Part shown: positions 1 through 12,056 of the stretch, in pieces
Layout of the letters: each line of letters begins with the position of its first letter
Numbering within the stretch: position 1 is the stretch's first letter
From: Cyanidioschyzon merolae
Taxonomy: Eukaryota
Assembly: GCA_000091205.1 (NCBI GenBank)
Contig: AP006486.2
Length of the DNA: 64,000 nucleotides
Direction: 5' to 3' (one strand)
The notes under the pieces: generated by a model
What the model was told of the DNA's origin: nothing
The model's database searches: none
The model's input: the letters and a program-made list of their open reading frames with translations, nothing else
Program-made: the position numbers and the translations under genes

Positions 1-762
1 GGCCTCTTCCCAGAACTCTTTGTTGTCCGGAGCAGGTCCAGCGGTTTCAACTGCTGCTGCGTCTCTCCAGCTCCATTCGAAAACATCGTTGAGCACCATC
101 ATCGCCATATCGGCCCGTATGCCATCGGCCATATCTGCGATGCGACAGAGCACTTGGCACTGATGCTGCCGCAGCGCCGGCTCGCGATAGTTGAGCTGGG
201 CTGTGTCAGGCCACGGGCCACAGTATGGATCCCGGCCTGCGAGCCGCTGGTGGTGGCGTTCCTGGAACCGCTCTAATTCGCCCTGTTGAAGGTTTTGCCA
301 ATGCCTGGTGGCGGTTTCGGTGACCGGTGGAAGCGCTTCAGCGCCGTCCATGCTATGTAGAAAAAAGCGTTCCGGCCAGGGGCAGTCACGCGCCATGTGA
401 TTGGGTACAAAGTCCAGCAATAAACGCGTTGGATGCAGGCGCTCACGAAACCTCTTTAGTGCATCATCGCCGCCTAGCTCCGCGGCGACGCGATAGTCGT
501 AGATCGCATACGGCGAACCGACAACGTCATCCTCGGTCCAGCCAGGAAGTACCTGGTCGTAGACGGCACGGCGCTCAGGGAGGCCACGATCGAGTTCGAC
601 TCCCAGTTTGCCCGTCTGCCAGACGCCCTGCAACCATACGTAGTCGAACGTGCGGAGATAGTTTAGGGCAGCGTCGGGTACCCCGTCCAGCCCGCTATGT
701 CCGACTCCAAGCGCATAGAGCCAGGCCCGGGCGGGTATCTCGAGCACCAATGTACCACCCAT
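1..762 (-). CDS. Alpha-amylase family (GH13) glycoside hydrolase, N-terminal 254 aa; the gene runs off the 5' window edge
   Basis: The minus-strand ORF starts at the ATG at 762 and stays open to position 1. Translation contains GSPYAIYDYRV...GGDDALKRFRERLHPTRLLLDFVPNHM, which matches the GH13 conserved region I (DxVxNH) and the preceding (beta/alpha)-barrel segment. No other Met lies upstream in frame before a stop. Confidence 0.6.
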   Translation of the reverse strand, partial: MGGTLVLEIPARAWLYALGVGHSGLDGVPDAALNYLRTFDYVWLQGVWQTGKLGVELDRGLPERRAVYDQVLPGWTEDDVVGSPYAIYDYRVAAELGGDDALKRFRERLHPTRLLLDFVPNHMARDCPWPERFFLHSMDGAEALPPVTETATRHWQNLQQGELERFQERHHQRLAGRDPYCGPWPDTAQLNYREPALRQHQCQVLCRIADMADGIRADMAMMVLNDVFEWSWRDAAAVETAGPAPDNKEFWEEA

Positions 763-1390
763 GACGTAATGAGCACCTATGAACCTCCGTTGAAAACGTA
801 GCTGGTCGTGGAGACTCCCCCAAGAACAGACCGTATTGCTCCCTTTTCAACTGGTCGTACTACCAGCTTGTCGGGACAATCAAGTCGTGGTGCTATTCCT
901 TCCACAAAAAAAAACCTAGGATTCTCTTCTATGCTAATCGTGATACCCGCTTGCCCGTACTGAAAACGTTGTGGTGCTCGTCGTTCCCAGAGCGCCCGGG
1001 CACGTCGCTCTCAGATACGGGCGTCCAACGGGGCTAGACGCAGGGGGCGAGCTCCGCCAGCTGCTCCCAGCAGCGAGTCACGGTGCCCCAAAACAAGCTT
1101 CGGATCACTCGCTCAGCTATGCTATTCTCAGAGATACCTACTCTACTAGGGTCTTGGAGCTCGAATAGCTGAGAAAGAGTCCTTTTCCGCATGCGCGATG
1201 TTCATGAGTGCATTCATGCGAGGTGCGTCGCCTCGGTCGGCCACCATCACCGGCACCGCCATGACCTCCTCCTCATCGTTCCCGTCCGCGTTATTGTCGC
1301 GAGCTCGGAAAGTTTCGGCTCTGGGTACTCATCCAAGCCGTTCGTCCGTATCGCAGGTACTTTGGGGGCGGGTAGGCACTGTTCTAGGCC

Positions 1391-2125
1391 TTGGATCACG
1401 CGCGTTATCTGCCGATGTTCATCTCACTCGTTCGACCTGTCAGCTTCCGAGCACAGAACGCACCTGGTGCTGGAAACAGGTGTGTGCCCAGTACGAGTCG
1501 TCTAGCACGACCGTGCCTAAGGCTTAGCGGGGAAGGCTTGGGCTCAGGGGCTGCGAGGCAAGCTTTTTCTGGACTCTCAAGAGCTCTTGCAGGGCTCTTG
1601 GCCTCCGTCTGGTTGCTTGCGGATCCAACGGTCACACAAAGGTCCCTGGCTTTTGCGGCAAACCCGTACGACCTGGGCACAGACCGGGGCGTACAGGCAG
1701 TTATGGTGTGTCGGGAGCTACTTGAGCCCATCCCACGGTATGTGGAGAGCGGTTCCTGGGACAAGGCTCGGTCCAACGTCAACTACTGTACACGAACGCT
1801 GCGGCTACATACTGCGCTCCGGGCCGTAACCGACCGCTTGCTAACACCAGAGTACGATTTGGAGAAGCACGAATCTGCGATGCGGGTAAGCAGTGACCTC
1901 CCGAACGTGATGACCCAGCTGGATGCAACGCTTTACACACCTATTTTCATGGCGAGCGATCAGGGTGTCTCGCCTGCACAACGCAAATATGGAGATGAGG
2001 CGCTCGGATATTTAGAGCAGGCGAAACAAATGCTGGATCATTACCTGAGTCTTCTGCCGTCTGAGGTTAGGGCTCGAAACGCAGCGGCTGCAGCACAAAT
2101 GCGCGTTCCACTAGAGCGCCAGTAG
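1391..2125 (+). CDS. PsbQ-like (OEE3/PsbQ') extrinsic photosystem II lumenal protein with a bipartite transit peptide; start codon uncertain
   Basis: 244-aa ORF. The C-terminal half (ILEPIPRYVESGSWDKARSNVNYCTRTLRLHTALRAVTDRL ... QRKYGDEALGYLEQAKQML) resembles the PsbQ four-helix core (spinach [25 protein letters not shown] ... AEKYYGQTVSNINEVL). The N-terminus has an R/S-rich stretch followed by a hydrophobic stretch ending AFAA, as expected for a thylakoid-lumen targeting domain. Confidence 0.5.
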   Translation: MDHARYLPMFISLVRPVSFRAQNAPGAGNRCVPSTSRLARPCLRLSGEGLGSGAARQAFSGLSRALAGLLASVWLLADPTVTQRSLAFAANPYDLGTDRGVQAVMVCRELLEPIPRYVESGSWDKARSNVNYCTRTLRLHTALRAVTDRLLTPEYDLEKHESAMRVSSDLPNVMTQLDATLYTPIFMASDQGVSPAQRKYGDEALGYLEQAKQMLDHYLSLLPSEVRARNAAAAAQMRVPLERQ

Positions 2126-4470
2126 GGTGCCTTTGTAGTGCGTACCACCGGGGAAATCGATTGAGCTGCAACCTGAACGCTCGATAGGACGGGCGACGTC
2201 AGCTTGTGCGGTGGGCACTTCACCGATCACCACCGATGATATCATCACCTTTCTGGAATCACGCCATGTGCATAGCGGGTCGTGTGCACGAAAAGTTTCC
2301 GTTTCTTGGCGAAAAGCTGGGAAACAAGGCCTGGGCGACGCCCCTCCATGTGCGGAATGAGAGGAACGGCGCTCCGGACATCGAAGCAGAGAGTGCCACG
2401 TTCAACATGCAACGCCTCAAGAATCGAGCATGAAACTTTCCTAGCGCTTTCTAAGCTGGAGGGATTATCTTGATACCGAGCCAGATGCAAAGCGGGTGCC
2501 GTTCTCTACATGGCGCAGACGGCGCGCCGGCTTATCGAGTAGGCGCCTGCACAAGTATACTCTAGTGAGGCGGTTCCGTAGCGGTACAGCATCTATGGTG
2601 ACGTGTTTAGCGTCGCGAGAAGCGCCCGCTGTAGCCACAGCGCCCCCGGGGAGTGCCGGATGGATCGAGTTGCTGGGCATTCGGCAGGCACTGCGCTGGA
2701 GCACGGGCACTTGCAGATGCTGCACTTGTCCTCGGGAGCTGCGCGGTGGACATGTCGGCAACTGAGCGCGTTCGCGCATCAGCGGGCATCTGGTTCGATT
2801 CATCGATCGAATACTGCAGAAGACGCGCCCGCATTCGAATGAGGAAAATCCCACCGACATATCGCATGACGTACCGAGCATTGTTTCAGGACAGTGGAAG
2901 GAAATACGCAGTGCGTTTTGCGGGTAAAGCCTACAAGTTGCGTCGCAGGGTGTACTCGTTGAAAGTGTTTCCAAACCGCACTCAGCTGGACACCTCTTGC
3001 CGTTTTCACGTATCCAGTGCATAGTCTTACGATGTTTATCTCGCAGCATTGTATCGCTATGACGCTACAAGTCTGGCAGGAAAGACCAATCAATCCCCGA
3101 TGACCGTCATGAGCAAGCTGGGTTTGTGCTGCCTTCGGAAAACTTTTCAGGGAAGCTCTCCCTTGGCGCCCTGAAAACCAAAGCACCGGCCTTGCGGGGC
3201 GTGCGAAATCGTGCTACAGGTGCCTACGCCTCAACAGGTTGCGTGTTTCCAGGGGTCGCCTCAAGCATCCCGTGCTAGGTGTGCGATGCCCTCAACGCAA
3301 CAGGATCCAAATCCAGAGGACATGCTCAGCGCAGTCGACGATCAGTCGTCGAAGCAAAGCTCGATTCGCTTCACCGAAAATGCAACGCGCGTTCTACGCT
3401 TCCGCGAGCTCCCGTTGAGCTTCCTGCGCTGATGAAGCAGTGGCTTGGCTGAACGAATGCTACAGGCGTTACGTGCATGATGTGCAATTCGAACTGCATT
3501 GCTGCGTTGCCGTGCGGATGCTAGCGTATCCAAAAGCGTGTATTCGTAAACGTCATGCCGGCGCAATACGCAGCCTTTCAGGTCCATATGAACGACGCCT
3601 GGGACAAGTGCTCGTATTGCACAAGAGCAAGCAGTTGCGCATACGCTACGACGGCCAAGCAGGCCTGCGTCGCTCGATGAAGACGCCACTTTTATGGGAG
3701 CGCTCGCCGTCCACCACAAGACAATAGTCTTAGAATGGATCGCTTCCGATACAGTGCGCAACGCGATGCCCAGCCCAGCGAGAGCGGCAGCACGCCCTCC
3801 AGGACACGCTTCTTGCTTGCACCAGCCCCTTTTACGCGTCTGGGGTGTGCGAGGCGCTCCATAGCTCCAAAACGTGAACTGATTTCGATGAAGTGCTATG
3901 CGCACCTAGCGTCCAACGCAGACAATCCACAGAGCCTGCACGCTACGAAAACGTCATGCACGGCGAAATAGGAATACCAGCGCCGTTCTCTCGAACGCTT
4001 GACAAGGGTCAGCACGGGTGCCTTACTTTTCATACCCAAAACTGCGGCAAAATAATGATCGCCGCTTCCTGTTTACCCTTGACCCTGACCAGAGCGCATC
4101 TGCTTCACACGGGGCTGCGTCTACACCAGTCGTCTGCTACAGCGGGACGCCACCAACCTTCGACACAGTGAACGTCGCGCAGAGCCCACGAGGCACTGCA
4201 CGCCAAGACGACCTCTCTTTTGGGTCGGAATCACTTTCGCAGAGGTCTGGGTACCTGCTTGGACTCGGTATTCTATCTGTGGTCGACGGTTGCTTCCCAA
4301 GGACACTGGGAATCGTCCTCGCGCTACCCTGAACGTTTCGTCTTTCTCCATGAAGCGATGCCTTGCAGCGAGTGCGCTGCGAGGCCGCACACGAGCGCAT
4401 CGGTAACGGGATTCGGGGTCTAGTGCTTGCCGCTGCACCTGCAAGAACGCTTTCACTGTATCGTATCAGC

Positions 4471-4953
4471 ATGTTTTGGAGTGCGGATACGATTCAAAAC
4501 TTGCCACATTATGTTTACTGGTGTGTCCTTGCAGTAGCAGTTGCTTTTGAGCTCATGGGCACGACATTCATTCGCGAAGCGAAGGGTTTTGCGCACCCGG
4601 CTGCCGCGCTTAAAGCGTGCCTCTGCTACAGCGTTTGTACAGTGCTTTGCGTTGTTGCGTTCGCTGCACACATCGATCTTTCTGTTGGGTATACCGTATG
4701 GTGTGTATTAGGGATTTCTGCTACTGCACTCATTGGAAAGTACCGGTTTGGGGAACAGTTTACTTGGCTGAAGGTGTTTGCACTACTTCTCTGCGCCTTG
4801 GGCTCGATGATACTCGTTTTTCAGTCTGAGAAGCCCTTATTCGTCACGAGCAAGGCGGCGGATGGACGTGTTGAGGCGATACGTGCAGTTTCGAACGGAT
4901 CTTTGCGGAGTACAGGCGAGCCGTGCTTGGCGACGCAGGACGCGCTTCCGTAA
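4471..4953 (+). CDS. Small multidrug resistance (SMR/EmrE-like, DMT superfamily) four-TM transporter with a ~45-aa hydrophilic C-terminal tail
   Basis: Four hydrophobic segments. FELMGTTFIREAKGF aligns to EmrE AEVIGTTLMKFSEGF, including the conserved membrane-embedded Glu. SVGYTVWCVLGISATALIGKYRFGEQ aligns to EmrE GIAYAIWSGVGIVLISLLSWGFFGQ. Start taken at the ATG at 4471 (MFWSADT...); the ORF is open from 4363. Confidence 0.6.
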   Translation: MFWSADTIQNLPHYVYWCVLAVAVAFELMGTTFIREAKGFAHPAAALKACLCYSVCTVLCVVAFAAHIDLSVGYTVWCVLGISATALIGKYRFGEQFTWLKVFALLLCALGSMILVFQSEKPLFVTSKAADGRVEAIRAVSNGSLRSTGEPCLATQDALP

Positions 4954-5495
4954 GCGCAGCGACACCTGCGAGGCGCCCGCACCCGAGACGACGCTCAGAC
5001 AGTATGAGTCACAGGACAAGTTCTCGGCTGGATTACATACAGTCGAAAGAAACCTCGTCGAGTGATAAATTCTATGCCATACGGTGAAAAGGGTTGGCGT
5101 TTGCAATGGGGAGCGCGAGTATCGGTCGGATCCACCTGACGGATCCCACGGAGCGACCCGCGAAACGCTCCTGAACACCGCGATGATGGACGTGCAGTCC
5201 CTCTCTGGTATGTGGTTGATGTCGTGGAGCGTTTCGGCGCGGTGCTGTCGCCGTTCAATGAGCAAGGAAGCGCAAACGTGCATCTATTTCCAAGGTTCCA
5301 TCGAGTCTGCACAAGCATCAACATGAATGTACAAGGCGTTTCGTCCCCGGAGGTGTGGGACTCTAAATGAATACATCGGAGAGCGCCCGCTTATTCGAGC
5401 GCGAAGTGTCCGGTTCATTTCCTAGTTTATTCTTTAAGGTGTACAGGGCGTAGCGGGGCCTAGAATTCGAAAGCGGGATCATTTGATGGAAAGGT

Positions 5496-5852
5496 TTATC
5501 GAGTCCGGGTCTCGGGTCTATCTGACTCCGTCATGACATGTATCTGACGCTGGAGTTCGTGGATAACGTGTTGGAGGCGCTCTCGCTGGCTCTCGAGCAT
5601 AGGCAGAACCTCGTCTTTCCGACGCTCTAGCAATACGTCCCCTACTTGTTGCCAACAGCGTCTCGGGATCCGCACCGGCGTCTCTGCGTCCGCCTCAGCG
5701 TGCAGCGAGATCTCGGGCTCCAACGAAGCCAGTGTTTCCAAAACTAAATCATATTCAGCTCTCTCCGCCTCTAGTTCGGCAACTTTTCGCACTAGTGCAA
5801 CGACCTGTGGACTGAACCCAGACCCGCCCTGGGCTTGCTCGCTAGACTCCAT
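5496..5852 (-). CDS. Prefoldin subunit 2 (beta-type prefoldin)
   Basis: RRCWQQVGDVLLERRKDEVLPMLESQRERLQHVIHELQRQI aligns with human PFDN2 RKCYRMVGGVLVERTVKEVLPALENNKEQIQKIIETLTQQL. The flanks are predicted coiled coil. Start taken at MESSEQ (minus-strand ATG at 5852..5850). A ~14-aa insertion before the beta-hairpin may be a small in-frame intron. Confidence 0.65.
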   Translation of the reverse strand: MESSEQAQGGSGFSPQVVALVRKVAELEAERAEYDLVLETLASLEPEISLHAEADAETPVRIPRRCWQQVGDVLLERRKDEVLPMLESQRERLQHVIHELQRQIHVMTESDRPETRTR

Positions 5853-8800
5853 GGATAATAAAACCCTCGAGACGCTTCTTGCGTACAGCGAGAACCAGTA
5901 CCGATTGCGACTTGCAAGCAACGACGCGGCGGTGCCCCTGCTGAACACTCCTTAGACGCGCTTGTGCGCTTCCAAGTGCGTGTAGTTCGTGCGCTTCAAC
6001 ACCGCTCAATCGCACTGTCAAGGCCAAGCGCAAAGCTTTTTCAAGTTCACAGGCCGCAATATAGCAGAGCGCCAAGTTGGAGAAACCCGGCGCGTGTCTA
6101 TGCCAGGTGCACTCCTGCTGTGTCAGATTAGGAAACTGGTGCATTCGACTGCTCGCTCGCTTCCTACCTTGCGATATGGTACCGAACGTTTTCCTAGATT
6201 TACAGCCTCGATAGTCAAAATGCATCCACAATGGCTCACAGATCTATATGCAGCTTTGGGATTCTCATTTGTCTATTCATGGTGACTCCTTCTACGCTCT
6301 GCCGCCCGAACTTGTTACGTGATGCGAACCGACAACGCACCGCGACGTCCTCGAGCAAGGCTTCGTCAACTACCCGATAACATCATCCATTTCATATGCG
6401 CATGGATCCAAGTTGTGCCCTTCCCTTACAACTAGGCAGCTCAAATCATGTAATTTTCAAGTTTTCGATTTCTGTGGTCCAAGGCAGCTCGTTCGAGTTG
6501 CGTCTCGCGCCACTGAACTGATGAAGCAAAAACTCTACATCGTCCTCAAAGAATTGTTCACAAGTTCTTGCCGAAACCTCAGTGGACTTGTCATATGAGA
6601 TCATCGATTCCGCTCGATAAACACATCCGTCTCTTATCGTGTCCATTGACGAAACACGATTCGATACCAGCGCGATACCTGTCGCGGGATATGCCACCAG
6701 AGGCTGGTGTCTCTTCTGTTTGCCTGGAAGCGGGCTCTTGGACTCGGACCGCACGCTCCGCAGCGATCATGTCCAATAGGGCGTGCGCCACTGCTTTGCA
6801 CGAACGACGTATAGACGAATCGAGATTTCTCGACTTGTTCAGCTCGAGTTTTCCTTCTCGGTTCTAGTTTCTGCCTGCACAACATCGCGTTCCACAAATG
6901 CTCCGTCGCATGGAGAAGGGTGCGCTCGCACATGCAGCGGACAACATACTCGCCGATAGGATCGCACTGAAGAAGCCACGTCAGCGGACACGGAGACGGA
7001 TGCGGGCATCAGGGGAAGCCATTTGTACCCGTCAAGGACATGTACCGAGCGATGACATGAGCTTTCGTATGCGAGAGAGCAGCGCTCGAAACAGGACGGA
7101 TCGTGGTGGACCTAACGGAACACCCGACCAGAATCAAGCGCCGCCTCTGCAAAGCGCACATCGAGCTGGTAAACGAAGAACATGAATAGAGCGAGTGAAG
7201 CGTAGATCGCAAGTCCAATCTGCTTATGGAGTACAGCGTCAACCGCCTGAAGCTGCGAAATCCGGAACTGAACGCTGCCACCATCGTCATTCGGCTGCTG
7301 ACAACGGTGCTCGAGGCACAGGAGAGACCAGCGCCCATCGAACAGGCACGAGAGAGAGGAAAAGGGAGCAGTCGCAGTCGGAGCCAGCAACAGTATCCAG
7401 AAACGTAAACACTAGTGCGCACACGCGTGTTCGAGGACCCGTTCCATTTTGCTCTGACATGAATGTATGGAAACAGCCCTCGGGAGCGTACCCCAGACGA
7501 CTCAAAACGCTGGACACGGTGCGATCGCCTCCAGCGCTGCATCCTTGTCGCCAGTACGCTGTCGGATGGCATACGTGCACCGCATTCTAGCGGATACCGG
7601 GTTGCAGCGTTTGTTACCTAGAACCATAACTGCGCTCCCAGAGGATTCTGATTCGATCAGCGAGTGTCTATCGTGAACAAGCTCATCCCATGTCGCTGCG
7701 TGTATCGGAATCGCTCGCTCTACGTAGCGTTCAAAAGGGCAAGCAACACCAGACTTCTTTGATGCAAGCGGCGGCGTTCTGGACACGGAAACGAGCAGGG
7801 CTTCGCTCTTGCGATACACGCAATGGAGCAGTCTGCCATTCCCAAGAGTATGTATCAGAGAACGCTGTCAGCCGTGATAGTGATACTCGAGAAAGTATGC
7901 AATACATCCGAACGAGCCGTCTATCCGGCATACTGTCCCCCGACGCTTCCGACGTTACGGATGTTCGTCTCGAGTAGCTGACTGTACACCACAAAAAATC
8001 TGGGCCTCGAGCGCCTGCATGAAGTTCCTCTCGCGAAGCTGCACACACCCTTGGCGCTATATCATGCTTCGCGTCGCACATATGCTCGTATCGACTCCGT
8101 GACAATGTTCCAAACACGGATAACTGGAACCACGCGCAATCTTCATAGGGCCAGGCGTGAAAACTCACAGATAGGCAGCGACGCCTCAGAGCATATCGCT
8201 AGACCCACGAGCGTTCTGGGGAATACACTCCGTGATTCTACAGTCCAGCGGGTTCTTCGTCGACCGGGAAGAATCGGAAAACGGATCATTCGCCACACCG
8301 GTCCTTTGGAGGCAAAGGAAATGAACAAAGTGCATCACGGGTATTTCAGGAAATGCAGCATGGTGGTGTCTTTCTCGACTTTTGTCCTGTGTCAGTGGCG
8401 ACGTCGATAAAGTTGCCGCCGAAGATGCATTGACGGCATGCATGTTCCGCAGTCCCGGCGAATTGTCGATAGACACTTGGACGAGTGACTCGCATCACGA
8501 CTCAAGTCGTCGCTCCATTCGACGATTCAAGAGGCAACTCCTACGCATACCAACAGTTCCCCGTATGTAAGCAAGTTCTGCGAGAAGCGGTCGCACCTTG
8601 TGGGATGCATCACGAGCCAGCAACGTGCGAGGCGTCAACAGAGCGGTGCTCGGCGTTCCGGCGTCCGCGCAAGACCTTTACCGAACCCAGTGCGAGATGC
8701 CGCCGCAGCCGCAACCACCACCACCACCTCCAGTTGACGATCACTAGACGCGTACAGAGCATCTATGCGGCATCCAGGCGCAACGGATCCCGCGGAGCTA

Positions 8801-9738
8801 CGTGGCGGACCTGGTGCAAGCGACCGCTCTGGACGCTGCGGCAGCTTGTGAACCAAACGCTGCGGCAAGCAGCGCTCGCTGACCTGGACACATATGCCGG
8901 AGAGAGCGCGTTCAGGTGCACTCGGCTGGTTCGCTCGTAAAGCATAGAGTCTATTTAGTTCCTAGACATGCAGTAGTTTGCCTCTTCTTTGAGCGGTGCT
9001 TACCCGCACGAACCAGGCTCCGCTCTAGAACTTTGATGCACACCGGCCGCTCGCCAAACAGGACTACCATACCCAAACGCCGTGCTGCTCCGCTAAGAAA
9101 GGCCTCTACTGTCGTCCGTTCGGTCTTGGTATACGCTAGGTCGAACACCAACGCATTCTCACCATCCGCATTAGAACGGAAACCCTGTGCCTTTGTTTTC
9201 GCTTGCATAACGTCGGGAGATCATTTCTTCCAGTCCCAGGACCCTACGTGAGAAACGCGACTCGGACGACCCACCAGCCGTCAATGTAAGCCTATGAACC
9301 CCTAAACTACTCGTCCAAACAACATTCTATCCGCCCTGGAGGCAGTAAAGTGGTGAAACGCTCGTGGAAGCGCTATGGGTTCAACACCAGCGACTTCCCG
9401 TGTCGCTGCATCCGGCAGGGCGTTTGCGTCAACACGACCATCTCCCGTCGTTTTCATATGGTATAAACGCATGTTTCCGAGTGGTGCTCCAGTCGCTACG
9501 CCCGCTTGGTTGCCCATAGCTACACGCGCAGTCAGAACAACGCCCAGCATTGAAAACAAAGGAAAGCAGCACCAGAGTCATACTTGGAAACTTGACGAGT
9601 GCGAAGCGTTGGCTTCGGGAGTGCACGAACGCGTCTCTGTCCCGGTTGAGGACGCCAGGTTGCTGTGACGCTGGCAAGTCCGCGAAGCGCTCAGCGTGTC
9701 GGCACTAGGACTCGGAAAGGGCGCTTTTCTGAGCACGC

Positions 9739-11247
9739 TTGGGAGGTCGCATCGTGGCAGTTGCCGGTACGGTACCCTGTGTTGTGTTCAGCTCGGGGAA
9801 ACTGCTTGAAATGGATCACAAAATCACCGTGAATATTTCCAAAGACCCCATCCAGGAAGTCCAGGATCGATATGGTACACCAGGACGGTTAACGTTCTTT
9901 CGTGGCAAGGGAGGCCTCGAAATGGTGCTCCTGCAGACCGCTGACGGTGCCTGCGCGGAAGTCAGTTTCTTTGGTGCGCAGGTGTTGTCGTGGCAACCTC
10001 CGTCATGCACCCGCTCTCTGCTCTTTGTCTCCAAAGAGGCCATCTTCGATCGCAGACGTGCCATTCGAGGCGGTATACCCGTTTGCTGGCCGCAGTTCAG
10101 TACGTACGGTGCACTCGCTCAGCAACATGGCTATGCGCGAAACATGAGCTGGGAGCTCGTCCACGCGGATGGCGATCATCCGGAAGGTCCCCTGGTTGTG
10201 TTCCAGTTACCGACAGTTACGCCGGCCGCACTAGCGAAGATGATGGGGTCAAGCTATGCGAATGCAATAGATGGTGCTGCTTCTGCTTCTGCGGCCGATG
10301 TCCACGGAGCAGGCACAGCCGGTGCACCGAGTAGCAGCCACCAGCGCGACACCGGAGACGCGCACCACACCGAATCAACGGCAATGAGTTCCAAGCCGAT
10401 GCAGACGCCCTCTCGTCTACAAACACCGATCATGACGGAGCAAACGACCAATGGAACCGATGCGATACCGGCTGTGGAGGACAACTCGGGAGCGCAACCG
10501 CGCTCAGCACGAGGAGCCGAAGGAGCAGTGGCACCGCCACCGGATACGAGTGCCGCGGCTCGATATGCACCAGCATCTTCCGCGGTTCCAGAGGGAGCTA
10601 CGGAAACCATTCTACCCGCCAATGCAGTCCCTCGGAGTACAAGCACGATCTTCGAAACCGAGCTTCAGCATGCGCAAGTGCTCATGATGGTGCAACTAGG
10701 CGCAGCGCTCGGAGACCTGCGTCTGAGAATGTCCGTCTCTAATCGGGCACCGAACGAGTCGGAGACGCTCGAGTTCACCACAGCGCTACATTCGTATCTG
10801 CGTGTGAATTCTCTGACACAGGTTCGTGTCCTGGGACTCTCCGGTTGCGAGTACGTCGATAGGATGCGACCGCAGGGCATGATAATCGATTCGGAGCCAG
10901 TTCTCATGTTTCGCGACCACGAAGTGGATCGCATCTATCGACGACAACCAGGGAGCAGTAACGCAATCCGTATTGAGCATGTGAACGCCCAGAAAGGTAC
11001 GGTGGTTGTGGAGGCTAGCACAGACGATTTTCCCGAGGTTGTCGTTTGGAATCCGGGGCCCCAGAAAAGCCACGACCTCGTGGATCTCGACGACCGCGAA
11101 TGGATGTTCATGCTCTGTATCGAGCCTGCAGTGGTTTTGGAGCCAGTGCGGCTCGCCCAGAACGAACGCTGGTGTGGCCACGTGAGGTTTACGTACCTCG
11201 CGGGATCCAGTGATATCGCAAGCGCTGCCAAGGCCTCCGGCACGTGA
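9739..11247 (+). CDS. Glucose-6-phosphate 1-epimerase (aldose 1-epimerase superfamily, YMR099C/YeaD-like) carrying a ~130-aa internal low-complexity insert
   Basis: Motifs RGGIPVCWPQF, HGYARNMSWEL, TTALHSYLRV, EVVVWNPG and FMLCIEP match the conserved blocks of G6P 1-epimerases. Residues ~170-300 are an Ala/Ser/Thr/Pro-rich tract absent from homologs. An alternative start is MDHKIT at 9811. Confidence 0.85.
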   Translation: MGGRIVAVAGTVPCVVFSSGKLLEMDHKITVNISKDPIQEVQDRYGTPGRLTFFRGKGGLEMVLLQTADGACAEVSFFGAQVLSWQPPSCTRSLLFVSKEAIFDRRRAIRGGIPVCWPQFSTYGALAQQHGYARNMSWELVHADGDHPEGPLVVFQLPTVTPAALAKMMGSSYANAIDGAASASAADVHGAGTAGAPSSSHQRDTGDAHHTESTAMSSKPMQTPSRLQTPIMTEQTTNGTDAIPAVEDNSGAQPRSARGAEGAVAPPPDTSAAARYAPASSAVPEGATETILPANAVPRSTSTIFETELQHAQVLMMVQLGAALGDLRLRMSVSNRAPNESETLEFTTALHSYLRVNSLTQVRVLGLSGCEYVDRMRPQGMIIDSEPVLMFRDHEVDRIYRRQPGSSNAIRIEHVNAQKGTVVVEASTDDFPEVVVWNPGPQKSHDLVDLDDREWMFMLCIEPAVVLEPVRLAQNERWCGHVRFTYLAGSSDIASAAKASGT

Positions 11248-12056
11248 ATCTTTCATACCGGGACAGGTCAGCGTTTTTACGCGTTGAGGCACGGGTGAAC
11301 ACAGTGGCGCTGGCCTCGAGCCTCACCTGTCGCTTGTTGCCTCCTTTCGATGTCGAGGTCGTAGCAATGCGGAACAGCGCCCAGTATCGTTGGTATGGGA
11401 TCGTCGTCATCGAGGACCGAGTTCGCAACTGGCTAACGCATACACTGGCATCAGCATGGCAGTAAATAGCGCTCACGCCGTGCCCCTCTACCTCGCATAT
11501 TCCTGGGATGGCGGCATGCACTGGACACATCGCCTGCAATCAATATGTATAGGGTACGCACTGGTGCTCAATGCATCGCGCTCTGTCGCAGCGGAAACCG
11601 GCAGTGGCGTCCGCATGCCTACAACGGAACGCTCCGCGAAACGGCACAAGATTTCCCAGCTGTCGCTATTGCAGTTGGCTCTCGAGTTGGGCAACCTGAT
11701 CGCTGGGGTGCTGCTCCCGTCTCGGCGACCCGGGCGTTGCAACAGGTCGGAGGCGCACGAACCCTCGTCTGCCGTGCAACGCAATGGGCACAGATGACAC
11801 CCGTCACACCGATTCATTCATCGTCTTTCGCTTCCTGCTTTGTCGAGCGGCAGGATACGTGCAGGTACCCGCTCCGCTGGGGTAGATACTTGGCTAGAAG
11901 CGGATCGAAAGAGCACTTGAAAGGTGCGAGCATCGTCTGCAACAAGCGACACGTGACGTGCTGTGCTTCACCATCGAAAGTACGCGGCACTAGCGTTGCT
12001 GCGTACGCAAGGGCCTCTCTTCAAATGAGGACTCTCGCTGGAGGCCGAGGCACCCC

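Noticed and set aside
327-764. 145-aa plus-strand ORF at the window start
   Set aside because: It is antisense to the GH13 coding region, which carries the conserved DFVPNH motif on the minus strand.
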